A DNA stretch of 64,000 nt. Source: an uncultured Verrucomicrobiae bacterium (GTDB lineage Bacteria > Verrucomicrobiota > Verrucomicrobiia > Limisphaerales > Palsa-1400). The first letter of the stretch is position 1. Each line of letters opens with the position of its first letter. The notes under the pieces are model-generated. The model saw nothing but the letters and a program-made list of their open reading frames with translations, made no database searches and had not been told where the DNA came from. Made by a program: the position numbers and the translations under genes. Shown one piece after another: positions 22,422 to 34,800 of the stretch. The DNA is taken from the NCBI GenBank assembly GCA_963764165.1, contig CAVXRD010000002.1, positions 2,272,001 through 2,336,000 on the forward strand, written 5' to 3'.

Positions 22422-24383
22422 ATGGCTAAAGTAATTGGAATTGATCTCGGAACCACAAACTCGTGCATGGCCGTTATGGAAGGCGGCGAGCCAGTGGTGT
22501 TGGAAAACTCTGAAGGCAAACGCACTACCCCTTCCGTCGTGGCCTTTACCAAATCCGGCGAGCGTGTGATTGGCGATGCCGCAAAACGGCAGGCCGTCAC
22601 CAACTCCCGCAACACCGTATACTCTATTAAGCGCTTCATGGGCCGCAAGTTCAGCGAAGTCGGCGAAGAATTGAAACGCGTCCCCTACAAAGTCGTGTCG
22701 GGCGCCAACGGCGACGCTGCGGTGGAAATTGAAATCGACGGCAAGAAGCAGACCTTCAGCCCGCAGGAAATTTCCGCGATGATTTTGTCGAAGTTGAAAG
22801 CGGACGCTGAAATGCGCCTGGGCGAGAAGATCACCCAGGCTGTTATCACGGTTCCTGCCTATTTCAACGACGCCCAGCGCCAGGCCACCAAAGACGCCGG
22901 CCGCATTGCGGGTTTGGAAGTTCTTCGCATTATTAACGAACCGACGGCAGCTTCGCTCGCCTACGGTTTGGACAAGAAGAAGAATGAGGAAATCGCGGTC
23001 TACGATTTGGGCGGCGGCACCTTCGATATTTCCGTCCTGGAAATCGGCGACGGCGTGTTCGAAGTCAAAGCCACCAACGGCGACACCCACCTGGGCGGCG
23101 ACGACTGGGACAATCGCATCATGGATTGGATCCTCGACGAATTCAAAAAGGAGAACGGCATGGACCTGCGCAAGCAGCCCGACGCGCTCCAACGCATCAA
23201 AGAGGAATCCGAAAAAGCCAAGATCGCACTTTCCAGCTCGCAGGTTTATGAAATCAATTTGCCGTTCATCACGGCGGACGCCAGTGGCCCGAAGCACGTC
23301 AGCACCAAATTGACGCGCGCCAAAATGGAGCAGCTTTGCGACGATTTGTTCGAGCGCACCATCGGCCCAGTCAAGAATTGCCTCAAGGACGCCGGGCTCA
23401 GCGGCGAGAAAATGGACGAATTGGTTCTCGTCGGTGGCATGACCCGCATGCCGCGCGTCGTGGAAACAGCCCGCAGCCTTGTCAACAAACCGCCGCACCA
23501 GGGTGTCAATCCCGATGAAGTGGTCGCCGTCGGCGCCGCCATTCAAGCCGGCGTGCTCAAGGGCGAAGTCAAGGACGTGCTTTTGCTCGACGTGACGCCG
23601 CTTTCGCTCGGCATTGAAACGCTGGGCGGAGTGTTCACGAAATTGATCGACCGCAACACGACGATCCCGACGCGGAAATCGGAAATTTTCTCCACCGCCT
23701 CGGATAACCAGCCCGGCGTGGAAATACACGTTTTGCAGGGAGAACGCCAATTCTCGCGCGACAACAAGACGATTGGAAAATTCAACTTGACGGATATTCC
23801 ACCCGCCCCGCGCGGCGTGCCGCAGGTGGAAGTGACCTTCGACATCGACGCCAACGGCATTCTCCACGTCAGCGCCAAGGATCTTGGCACCGGCAAGGAG
23901 CAGAAGATCACGATCACGGCCAGCGGCGGATTGTCGAAGGACGAGATCGAGAAAATGCGCAAAGACGCGGAGTCCCACGCCGAAGAGGATAAGGCGAAGC
24001 GCGACGAAATCGACGCTCGCAACGAGGCGGACAACACCGTTTATCGCAGCGAGAAAATGCTCAAGGACAACGCCGATAAAATCTCTGGCGACTTGAAGAA
24101 AAAGATCGAAGACGGTGCGACAGCGGTGAAGGAAGCCTTGAAAGGCACCGATGCGGGGGCGATCCGCTCCGCGACCGAAAAGCTCAACGAAGCCTGGCAG
24201 GCGGCCTCGGCGGAAATGTATCGCTCGGCAGCCGAAACCGCCAAGGCGCGCGGCGGCGCGGGCGCAGGCCCTGGCCCCGGCGCAGGCGGTCCGCCACCTG
24301 GTGGAGCAGGCGATTCCGGCGCCGGCAAAGCAAAGGAAGAAGGCCCGATCATCGACGCCGAAGTCGTCGAGGAGAAGAAGTAA
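22422..24383 (+). CDS. dnaK: Chaperone DnaK (Hsp70)
   Basis: [18 protein letters not shown] and DLGGGTFD; true start MAKVIG at 22422. Confidence 0.99.
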   Translation: MAKVIGIDLGTTNSCMAVMEGGEPVVLENSEGKRTTPSVVAFTKSGERVIGDAAKRQAVTNSRNTVYSIKRFMGRKFSEVGEELKRVPYKVVSGANGDAAVEIEIDGKKQTFSPQEISAMILSKLKADAEMRLGEKITQAVITVPAYFNDAQRQATKDAGRIAGLEVLRIINEPTAASLAYGLDKKKNEEIAVYDLGGGTFDISVLEIGDGVFEVKATNGDTHLGGDDWDNRIMDWILDEFKKENGMDLRKQPDALQRIKEESEKAKIALSSSQVYEINLPFITADASGPKHVSTKLTRAKMEQLCDDLFERTIGPVKNCLKDAGLSGEKMDELVLVGGMTRMPRVVETARSLVNKPPHQGVNPDEVVAVGAAIQAGVLKGEVKDVLLLDVTPLSLGIETLGGVFTKLIDRNTTIPTRKSEIFSTASDNQPGVEIHVLQGERQFSRDNKTIGKFNLTDIPPAPRGVPQVEVTFDIDANGILHVSAKDLGTGKEQKITITASGGLSKDEIEKMRKDAESHAEEDKAKRDEIDARNEADNTVYRSEKMLKDNADKISGDLKKKIEDGATAVKEALKGTDAGAIRSATEKLNEAWQAASAEMYRSAAETAKARGGAGAGPGPGAGGPPPGGAGDSGAGKAKEEGPIIDAEVVEEKK

Positions 24384-24404
24384 GTTTGACACCGCTTATA
24401 TCGA

Positions 24405-24434
24405 TGCCCCTTCGGCGAATCCGTCGAAGGGGCA
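24405..24434 (+). terminator. Stem-loop after dnaK (no U-tract)
   Basis: TGCCCCTTCG...CGAAGGGGCA. Confidence 0.5.
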
Positions 24435-24440
24435 AACGAG

Positions 24441-24719
24441 ATGGTCGATGAAGATCCAATAAAGTTAATCGCACGGCGGCTGATCTGGTGGCAATCGCCC
24501 GAACTTTCGTTGGAAAATCCGCGCCGCTTTTTGGCGCAGGTAATGACTTTGGGGACGTGGGATGAAATTCAGATGGTTAAGAAAAAGTTTGGCCGGGATG
24601 CGTTCAAGGATGTTTTGTTGAATGCGCCGCCCGGAGTTTTTGATGGTCGCTCGTGGAGTTATTGGCACGTTATATTTGACATGCCAGAGGCTGAGATGCC
24701 TCGTCGTTCTTTGAAATGA
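24441..24719 (+). CDS. Putative antitoxin of the nucleotidyltransferase toxin
   Basis: Small Trp-rich protein 'LIWW...LAQVMTLGTWDE'; ATGA overlap with the downstream NTase. Confidence 0.7.
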   Translation: MVDEDPIKLIARRLIWWQSPELSLENPRRFLAQVMTLGTWDEIQMVKKKFGRDAFKDVLLNAPPGVFDGRSWSYWHVIFDMPEAEMPRRSLK

Positions 24720-25375
24720 GTTTCGTGCCAAAGTTGTCGATTCTTCCAACAGCGCAACGCGCAATTTGGAATGAGTTGCGGCAGGTGCCGCGCCGGTTTG
24801 TGCTTTACGGTGGAACGGCGCTGGCGTTGCGGTTGGGGCACCGAGTATCGGAAGACTTTGATTTTTTCGCCGATGCGCCCGTGCTTCCCGAACAACTTTT
24901 GCGTGATATTCCGCTGCTAAACAACGCTGTCGTTCGGCAAAGTGCGCCGAACACACTAACTGTCAGCGCCGGCAAAGATGCTGGCGTCAAGATTTCGTTC
25001 TTCGGCTTGAGTCGGCGGCGGATCAGAAATCCCGAACTGACGGATGATGGGGTTATAAATGTCGCGTCGTTGCTGGATGTGGCGGCGTTTAAGATGGCTG
25101 TTCTGCCAATGCGGGCGGAAGCAAAAGATTATTTGGATGTTCATGCCTTGCTCCAGCATGGAATTTCCGTGAGGGAGGCTCTCGGCGCGGCACGAGCAGT
25201 TTACGGCGAGCAGTTCAATCCAGCGACAACGTTGAAAGCATTGACTTACTTCACGGATGGGGACTTGCCGTCTCTGCCTGAGCGCGTAAAGCAGTCGTTG
25301 CGCAACGCCGCAGCGGTTGACGAGATTGCGCAAATTGAACCGTTGCCAGGCGGGTTGACCCCGTCTGGGCTTTAA
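24716..25375 (+). CDS. AbiEii/AbiGii-family nucleotidyltransferase toxin
   Basis: [22 protein letters not shown] and 'K...R...KDYLD' motifs. Confidence 0.88.
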   Translation: MSFVPKLSILPTAQRAIWNELRQVPRRFVLYGGTALALRLGHRVSEDFDFFADAPVLPEQLLRDIPLLNNAVVRQSAPNTLTVSAGKDAGVKISFFGLSRRRIRNPELTDDGVINVASLLDVAAFKMAVLPMRAEAKDYLDVHALLQHGISVREALGAARAVYGEQFNPATTLKALTYFTDGDLPSLPERVKQSLRNAAAVDEIAQIEPLPGGLTPSGL

Positions 25376-25452
25376 GATTTTCCCGGGTGCGAGTGCGCCG
25401 GGATTTTGATTCGAAGAGAATAAAAATAAACAGAATAGGAAAATTAAAAATT

Positions 25453-25746
25453 ATGGCCATTAACATTAAGCCTCTCGGTGACCGGATTCTTGTCGAACCC
25501 GCCGAAGAGAAGGAAGTCAAAAAAGGCGGCATTATCATCCCCGATTCCGCCAAGGAAAAACCCACCGAAGGAATCGTCGTTGCCCTTGGCACCGGCAAGA
25601 CTGACGACAGCGGAAAGAAAGTTGCCTTTGAAGTCAAAAAGGGCGATCGCGTCCTCGTCAGCAAATACGGCGGCACCGAGCTCAAGCTCGACGGCAAGGA
25701 ATACAAAATTTTCAACGCCGACGACATCATCGCCGTCATCGAATAA
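25453..25746 (+). CDS. groES: Co-chaperonin GroES
   Basis: [10 protein letters not shown] and [13 protein letters not shown]; start ATG 25453. Confidence 0.98.
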   Translation: MAINIKPLGDRILVEPAEEKEVKKGGIIIPDSAKEKPTEGIVVALGTGKTDDSGKKVAFEVKKGDRVLVSKYGGTELKLDGKEYKIFNADDIIAVIE

Positions 25747-25763
25747 CCCTCTTTAACCTCTAA

Positions 25764-27428
<1,665 letters not shown>

Positions 27429-27456
27429 GATAGTCCGTGAGATAGAATTAAAACGA

Positions 27457-27492
27457 AGCGAGGCTGGCGAGTGCCAGCCTCGCTGTTTTTTC
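27457..27492 (+). terminator. Rho-independent terminator of groESL
   Basis: AGCGAGGCTGGC-GAGT-GCCAGCCTCGCT followed by a T-run. Confidence 0.9.
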
Positions 27493-27515
27493 TGTCTACA
27501 GTAAACAGCGCGGAA

Positions 27516-27935
27516 TCAGCGGTCTGGCTGAAAGGATCCTCCATAACCGGGGGCGTAGAGCCTAACTCCCAGAACGTCGCGCAAAATATCGAAATGTTTA
27601 TCCTTCGCGTATACTCGACAAACCCAAGTAAGGGACAGGCTGCCGATCAACACGTCATTCCACGGCAGACTGAAACCTTTATCGCGCAGCCGCCACGCGC
27701 AGTCCTTGGCGAACTCCCAAGCTTCGTCGTTCATACCACGGTAAGGAATGCACTCAAAATATGAGGACATCCGCTTCCGATCCTGCGCACGCGCTCCGCC
27801 CAAAAACTCCAGCTTGACGGGTCCGCAAAACATCGCTTCGGCGGCCTCAAGCAGGCCTTCTAACCCGACTTTGTATTCGAGGCCACCGTCGCGACGCGAG
27901 GCTTCAATCCAAACGGACGAATCGACCAAGACCAT
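27516..27935 (-). CDS. vapC: VapC PIN-domain toxin
   Basis: 'VLVDSSVWI', E, 'NDVLI' and 'DKHF' acidic PIN motifs. Confidence 0.9.
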   Translation of the reverse strand: MVLVDSSVWIEASRRDGGLEYKVGLEGLLEAAEAMFCGPVKLEFLGGARAQDRKRMSSYFECIPYRGMNDEAWEFAKDCAWRLRDKGFSLPWNDVLIGSLSLTWVCRVYAKDKHFDILRDVLGVRLYAPGYGGSFQPDR

Positions 27936-28138
27936 CAGCCCTGTTCCTTTTCGATTTCATCATTGGTGGATGGATAATCAAACGCACCTTCCCGGAGTAA
28001 TTTGCCAAACTCCTTGGCTTTTTCCCGTTTGATATATTCACTCACAGCGAAAGCCACTGCGGGGCTCTTTTTGTCCTGACCGGTAATCCTGCTTAATTCC
28101 TCGAGAGATTCATCTTCTATGTCCACTGTTATTCTCAT
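27935..28138 (-). CDS. vapB: VapB antitoxin
   Basis: 'MRITVDIEDE...TG..KKSPAV..A' RHH; 1-bp stop/start overlap with vapC. Confidence 0.85.
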   Translation of the reverse strand: MRITVDIEDESLEELSRITGQDKKSPAVAFAVSEYIKREKAKEFGKLLREGAFDYPSTNDEIEKEQG

Positions 28139-28205
28139 ATTGCCTCAAAATACATCTTTATTATTAATAGGCAAGTGTTTTTTGATGCATTAACGCAATA
28201 TATTC

Positions 28206-28901
28206 TCATCTTTTTCGATTATAGCTGGATTGGCTATATTTCTGAAAACGCAAAGATTCAATTGAATTTCGCAACTTGATCTCCATTTCCATCGGAAGCC
28301 AACGGATGCCAAAATGTTCCCGCGCGACTTCGACGATGGCATTCTGCCAATCGGCGGGACTTATTTTTATGGGCGGCGGTTGGACTGATCCTTGGATGAG
28401 CAATCCGTTGTGCGTGCGGCGTTGGGCGGCGCCGGCGATTTTCTTTCCGTGCCAGAGCACGTCGTCTTTTTCCGCGCCGATGAAGCATTGACCGGGAATT
28501 TCTTTTACACGCTCAGGGGCGAGCGTTGTTGCGATATTGATGCGGGCGAATGCGTCGCGAATCCACACGTGGACACGGCGGTAGCTTTCCACCGCCCTCA
28601 GTTGATGCCAAGAGTGCCCAGCCGGAAAAACCAGACTGTAGGTCCAATCTGCATCGTGGGGCACCAGGCCGCCTCCGGTGGGGCGGCGCACCAAAGGTCG
28701 CAGCAGCGTGAGGCGTTCGATCTCCGCGTAACTTTGCGAGTATCCAAAAGTCGCGGCGGGCTCTGTCCACCCGTAGAAGCGCAGAACCGGCCGCCCTAAC
28801 TGGGGGCCGAATTCCAACAAAGCCTCATCCAACGCCATGTTGTAATCAGCGGCACTTTCGTGTTGACGCAGAAGGAACCAAGTTTCGCCCGTGGCATTCA
28901 T
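28206..28901 (-). CDS. Lipoate-protein ligase/octanoyltransferase family protein
   Basis: NMALDEALL, RRPTGGGLVPHD and KKIAGAAQ. Confidence 0.9.
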   Translation of the reverse strand: MNATGETWFLLRQHESAADYNMALDEALLEFGPQLGRPVLRFYGWTEPAATFGYSQSYAEIERLTLLRPLVRRPTGGGLVPHDADWTYSLVFPAGHSWHQLRAVESYRRVHVWIRDAFARINIATTLAPERVKEIPGQCFIGAEKDDVLWHGKKIAGAAQRRTHNGLLIQGSVQPPPIKISPADWQNAIVEVAREHFGIRWLPMEMEIKLRNSIESLRFQKYSQSSYNRKR

Positions 28902-28915
28902 GAAATCATTTGCGG

Positions 28916-29620
28916 TCAGACTTTCGCGCGCAGCTTCTTTTGCTCTTCAGGGGTTAGCTTCGGATTTAAAACTCTCTGGCCCGTTGGACAATCTCCTTTG
29001 ATCTCGCAACCGGGACAATCCGGATTGCGCGCCACGCAGCGGCGGCGGCCATGCCAAATCAACCAATGACTCAGCAGCGTCCAATCCTTTTGCGGCGCGA
29101 GCGCTTGCAAATCGATCTCAATTTTCTCCGGCGATTCGTGCGCGCTCAGCGCCAATCGATGCGAAAGCCGAGCCACGTGTGTGTCAACAACAACGCCCGC
29201 GTTGATGTTGAAAGCATTTCCCAAAACCACATTCGCCGTCTTTCGTCCGACGCCACTGAGCGCCGTCAATTCGTCCATGGAGCGAGGAACCTCGCCGTGA
29301 TATTTGGCCACGAGCGATTCACAGGCTGCTTTGATATTTTTGGCCTTGTTGCGATAGAGGCCGATGCGGCGAATATCGTTTTCCAGTTCCGGCAGCGGCG
29401 CATTCGCAAAATCCGACGCCGTTCGGTATTTTTTGAACAGCGACTCTGTGACAATATTCACCTGCTTGTCGGTGCATTGCGCGGAGAGAATAGTTGCGAT
29501 CAACAATTCGAGCGCATTGGTGAAATCAAGTTCGCAATGCGCGTTGGGATACGCGCGCGCAAGTCCCTCCATGATTCGGAAGGCGCGTTCCTTTCGTCCT
29601 GCTAAATTTTCGCGGGCCAT
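28916..29620 (-). CDS. nth: Endonuclease III
   Basis: LSAQCTD, HhH LSGVGRKTANV, VDTH and the 4Fe-4S motif C-X6-C-X2-C-X5-C. Confidence 0.97.
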   Translation of the reverse strand: MARENLAGRKERAFRIMEGLARAYPNAHCELDFTNALELLIATILSAQCTDKQVNIVTESLFKKYRTASDFANAPLPELENDIRRIGLYRNKAKNIKAACESLVAKYHGEVPRSMDELTALSGVGRKTANVVLGNAFNINAGVVVDTHVARLSHRLALSAHESPEKIEIDLQALAPQKDWTLLSHWLIWHGRRRCVARNPDCPGCEIKGDCPTGQRVLNPKLTPEEQKKLRAKV

Positions 29621-29831
29621 GCTGAGCATCCTAACTCATCGAACGATACGGTAACCACCCAAACCCCGCCAAGCAATTCGAGGCGACTTCTCGACGCAGT
29701 GCGAGAGCAACGCGATTCTTCTTCGCGCGAAAAGATTGCGCGTCCCTGAAAGAAGCGCGATGATTAAGATCGGTCGTTCGGAAGTTTTATGCCGGATAAC
29801 CGCGCGCCTAAAACGCCGACGTAAAATTATT

Positions 29832-30482
29832 ATGCCGCTCGCACTTACACTTGAGACGTTAAAAGTTGAAGCGTCCGCTTTCGCGGCGACGGAATCGATC
29901 CACGATGAACCAGCCCTCTTCGGAGTCACGGACGGAAAAGCCGTTGGCACCTACCTCGAGCAGAAATTTCAACAAGCTCTAATCAAAAAATATACCTACG
30001 TGTATGGCTCTTCGGCAAAAGGAATCGACTTCCCGGAATTAAATGTAGACCTCAAAACGACGAGCATAAAACAGCCCCAATCATCTTGTCCGTTCAAGGA
30101 GGCTCGCCAAAAAGTCTATGGTCTAGGCTATCATTTATTAATTTTCGTATATGAAAAGACAGACGATCACGCGAGGCGGGTTGGCCGATTGAACATTTTG
30201 CACACGGTTTTTGTCGACTCGTCGAATACGGCAGACTTTCAAACAACCACGGGAATCTTAAAGATCATTGAAAATCGAGGAAATGAGGACGATCTCATTG
30301 CGTTTTTTGCTGAGCGAACGCTGCCAATCGATGATATTCATGCGCGGGCGCTGGCCGAGGAGGTGTTGCGCGCGCCACCCAAAATCGGATACCTGACAAT
30401 CTCAAACGCCTTGCAGTGGCGACTCCAATACAGCCGGGTCATAGAAAGCTCCGGCTCCGTGCCCGGAATCGAGCGGCTATGA
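29832..30482 (+). CDS. Type II restriction endonuclease (NspV-like, from recalled similarity)
   Basis: PD-(D/E)xK-type 'GIDFP...DLKTT', 'GVTDGKAVGTY' and 'SNALQWRLQY'; coupled to the MTase. Confidence 0.8.
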   Translation: MPLALTLETLKVEASAFAATESIHDEPALFGVTDGKAVGTYLEQKFQQALIKKYTYVYGSSAKGIDFPELNVDLKTTSIKQPQSSCPFKEARQKVYGLGYHLLIFVYEKTDDHARRVGRLNILHTVFVDSSNTADFQTTTGILKIIENRGNEDDLIAFFAERTLPIDDIHARALAEEVLRAPPKIGYLTISNALQWRLQYSRVIESSGSVPGIERL

Positions 30483-32050
30483 GTCAGAAAAAAGAATTTG
30501 GAGACTTTCAAACGCCGTTGGCGTTAGCGCGGGAGGTGGTTGACCTCGTAAGCAGCCAAATTGCACCTCCCACGCTGATCATCGAACCCACGGCTGGAAT
30601 AGGAGCATTTCTACGGGCGTCTTTTGATAAGTGGGGAAAGGCTGCGAAGTATCAGGGCTTCGAGATTAATCCCACCTACGTGCATGCAGCCAACGAGAAT
30701 TTGGCTGGAACCGGCGCTGCGGTTCAGCAAAGGGACTTCTTCGCTTCGGACTGGCCAGAGTTCCTGCATTCCACCGATGAAAATGTTCTCGTGATTGGCA
30801 ATCCCCCGTGGGTTACCAGCGCCGAATTAAGCAGTTTTGGAAGCGAGAATCTGCCTCACAAGGTGAATTTTCAAGGTCATAAGGGATTGGATGCCCGGAC
30901 AGGCAAAGCGAATTTCGACATAGCGGAATGGATGATTATTCACCTTCTCGAAGCATTGCCTGCCACCGGCGTTCTGGCGATGCTATGCAAAACAAGCACG
31001 GCAAGAAAGGTATTACGTCACATTTGGAAGCGGCATGGTGGGAAGGCGCAGGCCAGCCTTTTTCAAATTGATGCCAATAAGCATTTCGGTGTTGCCGTGG
31101 ATGCTTGCCTTTTTTTCATTCGTTGCGCCCCGTCCGCCGCGTGCATCGCCACTATTCACGGCACATTAAATCTCGCTAAAAAAATCGGCGAGTTCGGCAT
31201 CGTCGATGGCCACCTTGTTTCAAATACTGAGCTTTACAAGAGGCACGCCGCGTTTGCGGGCGAATCCCCGTACGCTTGGCGGTCCGGCCTCAAGCACGAC
31301 GCCTCGGACGTGATGGAATTGGAACTCCAAAACAGTCGCCTTGTAAATGGCATCGGTGAGTCGGTCGACATCGAGCCAGAGTGCATTTTTCCGCTGCTCA
31401 AATCCTCTGATTTGGGAAATGGCAGAGTGACGCCCAGGCGATTTGTCCTGGTCACGCAACGAACAACTGGAGAGGACACAAACTTGCTCAGATCGAGATC
31501 TCCAAAATCCTGGGCTTACTTGGAAAGCCATACAGCCGTATTTGATGCCCGAAAAAGTTCCATCTACCAGAACCGTCCGCGTTTCTGCATTTTCGGAATT
31601 GGACCGTATTCCTTCTCATCTTGGAAGGTGGCGATTTCCGGCCTCTACGATACACTACGATTTGTCGCTGTGCCTCCTGTGGATGGGCGTCCAGTGATGT
31701 TAGATGACACATGCTATTCCCTTCCTTGCACTTCGCGGGCCGAGGCGGAACTAATCGTCGATCTGCTGAATTCCAAACCTGCCCAAAACCTGCTGCGCTC
31801 ACTCATATTTTTGGATTCAAAACGACCTGTTACTGTGGACGTCCTGCGCCGCTTATCGCTTGTCGCATTGGCGAAGCATTTCGGACGCCACGCTGAATTA
31901 ATGGAGCATATCGAACGAAATGATTTCGTCCGTGTCACCGAAACATCACAATTGCAACTGGTGATGGAAGCTAAAGTCGAATACTGCACGGGCATTAACC
32001 ACGATATGCCGATCGCAATCCCGCTTCCGTCACGACGCAAAAAAAGTTAG
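30479..32050 (+). CDS. Adenine-specific DNA methyltransferase (gamma-type motif order)
   Basis: 'GDFQTP', motif I EPTAGIGAF before motif IV GNPPW; ATGA overlap with the REase. Confidence 0.9.
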   Translation: MSQKKEFGDFQTPLALAREVVDLVSSQIAPPTLIIEPTAGIGAFLRASFDKWGKAAKYQGFEINPTYVHAANENLAGTGAAVQQRDFFASDWPEFLHSTDENVLVIGNPPWVTSAELSSFGSENLPHKVNFQGHKGLDARTGKANFDIAEWMIIHLLEALPATGVLAMLCKTSTARKVLRHIWKRHGGKAQASLFQIDANKHFGVAVDACLFFIRCAPSAACIATIHGTLNLAKKIGEFGIVDGHLVSNTELYKRHAAFAGESPYAWRSGLKHDASDVMELELQNSRLVNGIGESVDIEPECIFPLLKSSDLGNGRVTPRRFVLVTQRTTGEDTNLLRSRSPKSWAYLESHTAVFDARKSSIYQNRPRFCIFGIGPYSFSSWKVAISGLYDTLRFVAVPPVDGRPVMLDDTCYSLPCTSRAEAELIVDLLNSKPAQNLLRSLIFLDSKRPVTVDVLRRLSLVALAKHFGRHAELMEHIERNDFVRVTETSQLQLVMEAKVEYCTGINHDMPIAIPLPSRRKKS

Positions 32051-32053
32051 CGC

Positions 32054-34753
32054 CTACTTCGGCGCGGCGGGATCACTCGGAGCTTCGCCGCTGACCTCTT
32101 CCTTTTCCTCGCTGACGACAGGGGCGATGGCTTGCAGCTTGTCCCTCGATTCCAGATCGATCAGCTTCACGCCTTGTGTGTTGCGGCCGGCTTCGCGGAT
32201 GTCACTCACACGCGTGCGCACCATCTGGCCCGCGACCGTGATCAGCATGATCTCGTCGGCGTCCTTCACCGTCAGCGCGCCGACGACTTTGCCGGTGCGG
32301 TCGGTGGTTTTCATCGTGATGATGCCTTTGCCGCCGCGTGATTGCTGGCGATATTCGGAAAAATCCGTGCGCTTTCCAACCCCAAGCTCGCCCGCCACCA
32401 ATAAAGTGGATTCCTGCACCACGACTGCCAGCGCAACAACGTGATCACCGCTGTCAAGCGTAATGCCTTTGACACCGGACGCGCCGCGCCCCATGGAGCG
32501 CACATCCGACTCGCTGAAGCGAATGCTCATGCCGCCGTTGGTGATGAGCACAACGTCATCTCCAGAATCCGCAACCTCGCCATTTTCGGTGATGCTCCCG
32601 CGGGTCAATTTCGCGTCGATCAGCGCATCGCCTTGATCAATGCCGATGGCAATGATGCCGCCTTTGCGGACATTCGCGAAATCACTCAGCGATGTTTTCT
32701 TGACAGTGCCTTGCCGAGTGGCGAAGAAAATTTCCGATTTCTGCTGCCAGGTTTGATCCTCTTTGTTGGGCCCGGTTTTCGACACGATGCGGATGAGCGC
32801 GGCGATTTTTTCCTCGGCTTTCAATTCGAGAAGATTCGCGATGCTCCGGCCTTTGGCGGCCCGGCCCATGTCAGGCACCTCATGAACGCGCTCGACGTAG
32901 GCGCGGCCCGTGTTGGTGAAGAACATGAGGTAATCGTGCGTGCTCGCAGTGAACAGATGCTCGATAAAATCGTCGTCGTCCCCCGGAGTGGTCGAGCCTT
33001 CGCGAGTCGTCATGCCGATGACGCCTTTGCCGCCGCGGCGCTGGGCGCGATATGAGCTCACGTTCGTGCGCTTGATCAAACCGCCGTGCGTGATGGTGAT
33101 GATGACGCCCTCGTTGGCGATCAAATCCTCGATGGCAATCTCACCTTCATCAGGCGCGAGTTTCGTCAGGCGCGGGGAGGCGTGCTTTTCCTTGATGACC
33201 AGCAATTCTGCTTTGATGATGCTGAAGACGCGCGCTTCGCGGGCCAGAATGTCGAGAAGATCTTTTATCGTCGCCAGCAATTCCTCGTATTCGGCGCGAA
33301 TCTTGTCCACTTCCAGGCCGGTCAATTGATACAAGCGCAGGTCAAGTATAGAATTTACTTGCGCTTCGGTGAAGGAATAACGCCCGCTGGTCAGGCGCGC
33401 TTCGCTGCGAATGATAATGCCGATGGCCTCAACTTGCTGCTTCGTGAATTCGCGGGCCAGCAATCGGATGCGCGCCTCCTCGCGATTGCTCGAATCGCGA
33501 ATGATGCGGATGAATTCATCCATGTTGGCCAGCGCGATAAGATACGCCTCCAGCGTCTCGGCCCGCTCTTCCGCCTTCCGCAACTCGTAACGCGTGCGGC
33601 GGATAATCACTTCGCGCCGATGTTCGATGTAGCACTGAATGAGTTCCTTGAGCCCGAGCGTCTTCGGCCGGCCGTGATCAATGACGACAGCGTTGATGGC
33701 GAAACTCGTTTCCAGCGCGGTGTGCTGGAATAAATTATTAATGACAACCTTGGGCAGCGCGTCCCGCTTGATTTCGATGACCACGCGCGTGTTCTCGTCG
33801 GATTCGTCTCGGACGGCGGTGATGTCCGGAATCACCTTTTCGTTGACAAGATCGGCGATGCGCTCGACGAGCACGGCGCGGTTGACGTTGTAGGGAATCT
33901 CGGTGATCACGATTTGCTCGCGCCCGTTCTTCATCTCCTCAAGGCCGACCGTTCCGCGAATCTTCACCGAGCCTCGCCCGGTCATAAAATACTGCTTGAT
34001 GCCCGCCAGCCCGCAAATCGTGCAGCCCGTCGGAAAATCCGGGCCTTTGATATGCTGCATCAACTGGTCAACTGTAATTTCGGGGTTATCGATTTGCGCG
34101 CAAACGCCGTCGATCACCTCGCCCAAATTGTGCGGGGCCATGTTGGTGGCCATGCCGACCGCGATGCCTGTGCCGCCATTGACGAGAAGGTTTGGAAACG
34201 CGGCAGGGAATACGCGGGGCTCCGTCAGCCGCTCGTCGTAATTGGGCACGAAATCGACCGTGTCCTTTTCCATGTCGTCCATCAAGGCCGCACCCAAATG
34301 AGTCAGGCGCGCCTCGGTGTAACGCATGGCGGCGGGAGGATCGCCCTCGACCGATCCGAGATTTCCCTGGATATCGACCAGCGTCTCGCGCATCGCCCAC
34401 GGCTGCGCCATGTGGATCAGCGTCGGGTAAATGACAGCTTCGCCGTGCGGATGGAAATCACCGCTCGTGTCGCCGCAAACTTTCGCGCACTTGTAGTGCT
34501 TGCGGCCGGGATAAAGATTCAGCCGCTGCATCGCAAAAAGAATCCGGCGCTGCGAAGGCTTCAATCCGTCGCGCACGTCGGGCAGCGCGCGCGAAATGAT
34601 GACGGACATCGAGTAATCGAGAAACGAATTCTTGATTTCATCGGCGACGTTGATTTTCGCGACCGTCTCGTTCGCCGCGTAGAGCGGTCGGTTTTCGCCC
34701 GGCGGTTGATTCCCGCCTGAGGATGGCTTGGCTGGATCGTTGGTGTCAGACAT
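32054..34753 (-). CDS. gyrA: DNA gyrase subunit A
   Basis: RALPDVRDGLKP, HPHG, AAMRYTE and GyrA-box QRRGGKG. Confidence 0.98.
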   Translation of the reverse strand: MSDTNDPAKPSSGGNQPPGENRPLYAANETVAKINVADEIKNSFLDYSMSVIISRALPDVRDGLKPSQRRILFAMQRLNLYPGRKHYKCAKVCGDTSGDFHPHGEAVIYPTLIHMAQPWAMRETLVDIQGNLGSVEGDPPAAMRYTEARLTHLGAALMDDMEKDTVDFVPNYDERLTEPRVFPAAFPNLLVNGGTGIAVGMATNMAPHNLGEVIDGVCAQIDNPEITVDQLMQHIKGPDFPTGCTICGLAGIKQYFMTGRGSVKIRGTVGLEEMKNGREQIVITEIPYNVNRAVLVERIADLVNEKVIPDITAVRDESDENTRVVIEIKRDALPKVVINNLFQHTALETSFAINAVVIDHGRPKTLGLKELIQCYIEHRREVIIRRTRYELRKAEERAETLEAYLIALANMDEFIRIIRDSSNREEARIRLLAREFTKQQVEAIGIIIRSEARLTSGRYSFTEAQVNSILDLRLYQLTGLEVDKIRAEYEELLATIKDLLDILAREARVFSIIKAELLVIKEKHASPRLTKLAPDEGEIAIEDLIANEGVIITITHGGLIKRTNVSSYRAQRRGGKGVIGMTTREGSTTPGDDDDFIEHLFTASTHDYLMFFTNTGRAYVERVHEVPDMGRAAKGRSIANLLELKAEEKIAALIRIVSKTGPNKEDQTWQQKSEIFFATRQGTVKKTSLSDFANVRKGGIIAIGIDQGDALIDAKLTRGSITENGEVADSGDDVVLITNGGMSIRFSESDVRSMGRGASGVKGITLDSGDHVVALAVVVQESTLLVAGELGVGKRTDFSEYRQQSRGGKGIITMKTTDRTGKVVGALTVKDADEIMLITVAGQMVRTRVSDIREAGRNTQGVKLIDLESRDKLQAIAPVVSEEKEEVSGEAPSDPAAPK

Positions 34754-34800
34754 GAGCGCTAGAAAGATGTCCCGCAGACTTGTTTACGACAAAATTGGTT

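Noticed and set aside
22410..24392. 660-aa antisense ORF over dnaK, and similar long ORFs opposite groEL, gyrB, pnp and glgX
   Set aside because: Shadow frames caused by codon bias of highly expressed GC-rich genes; no independent motifs.
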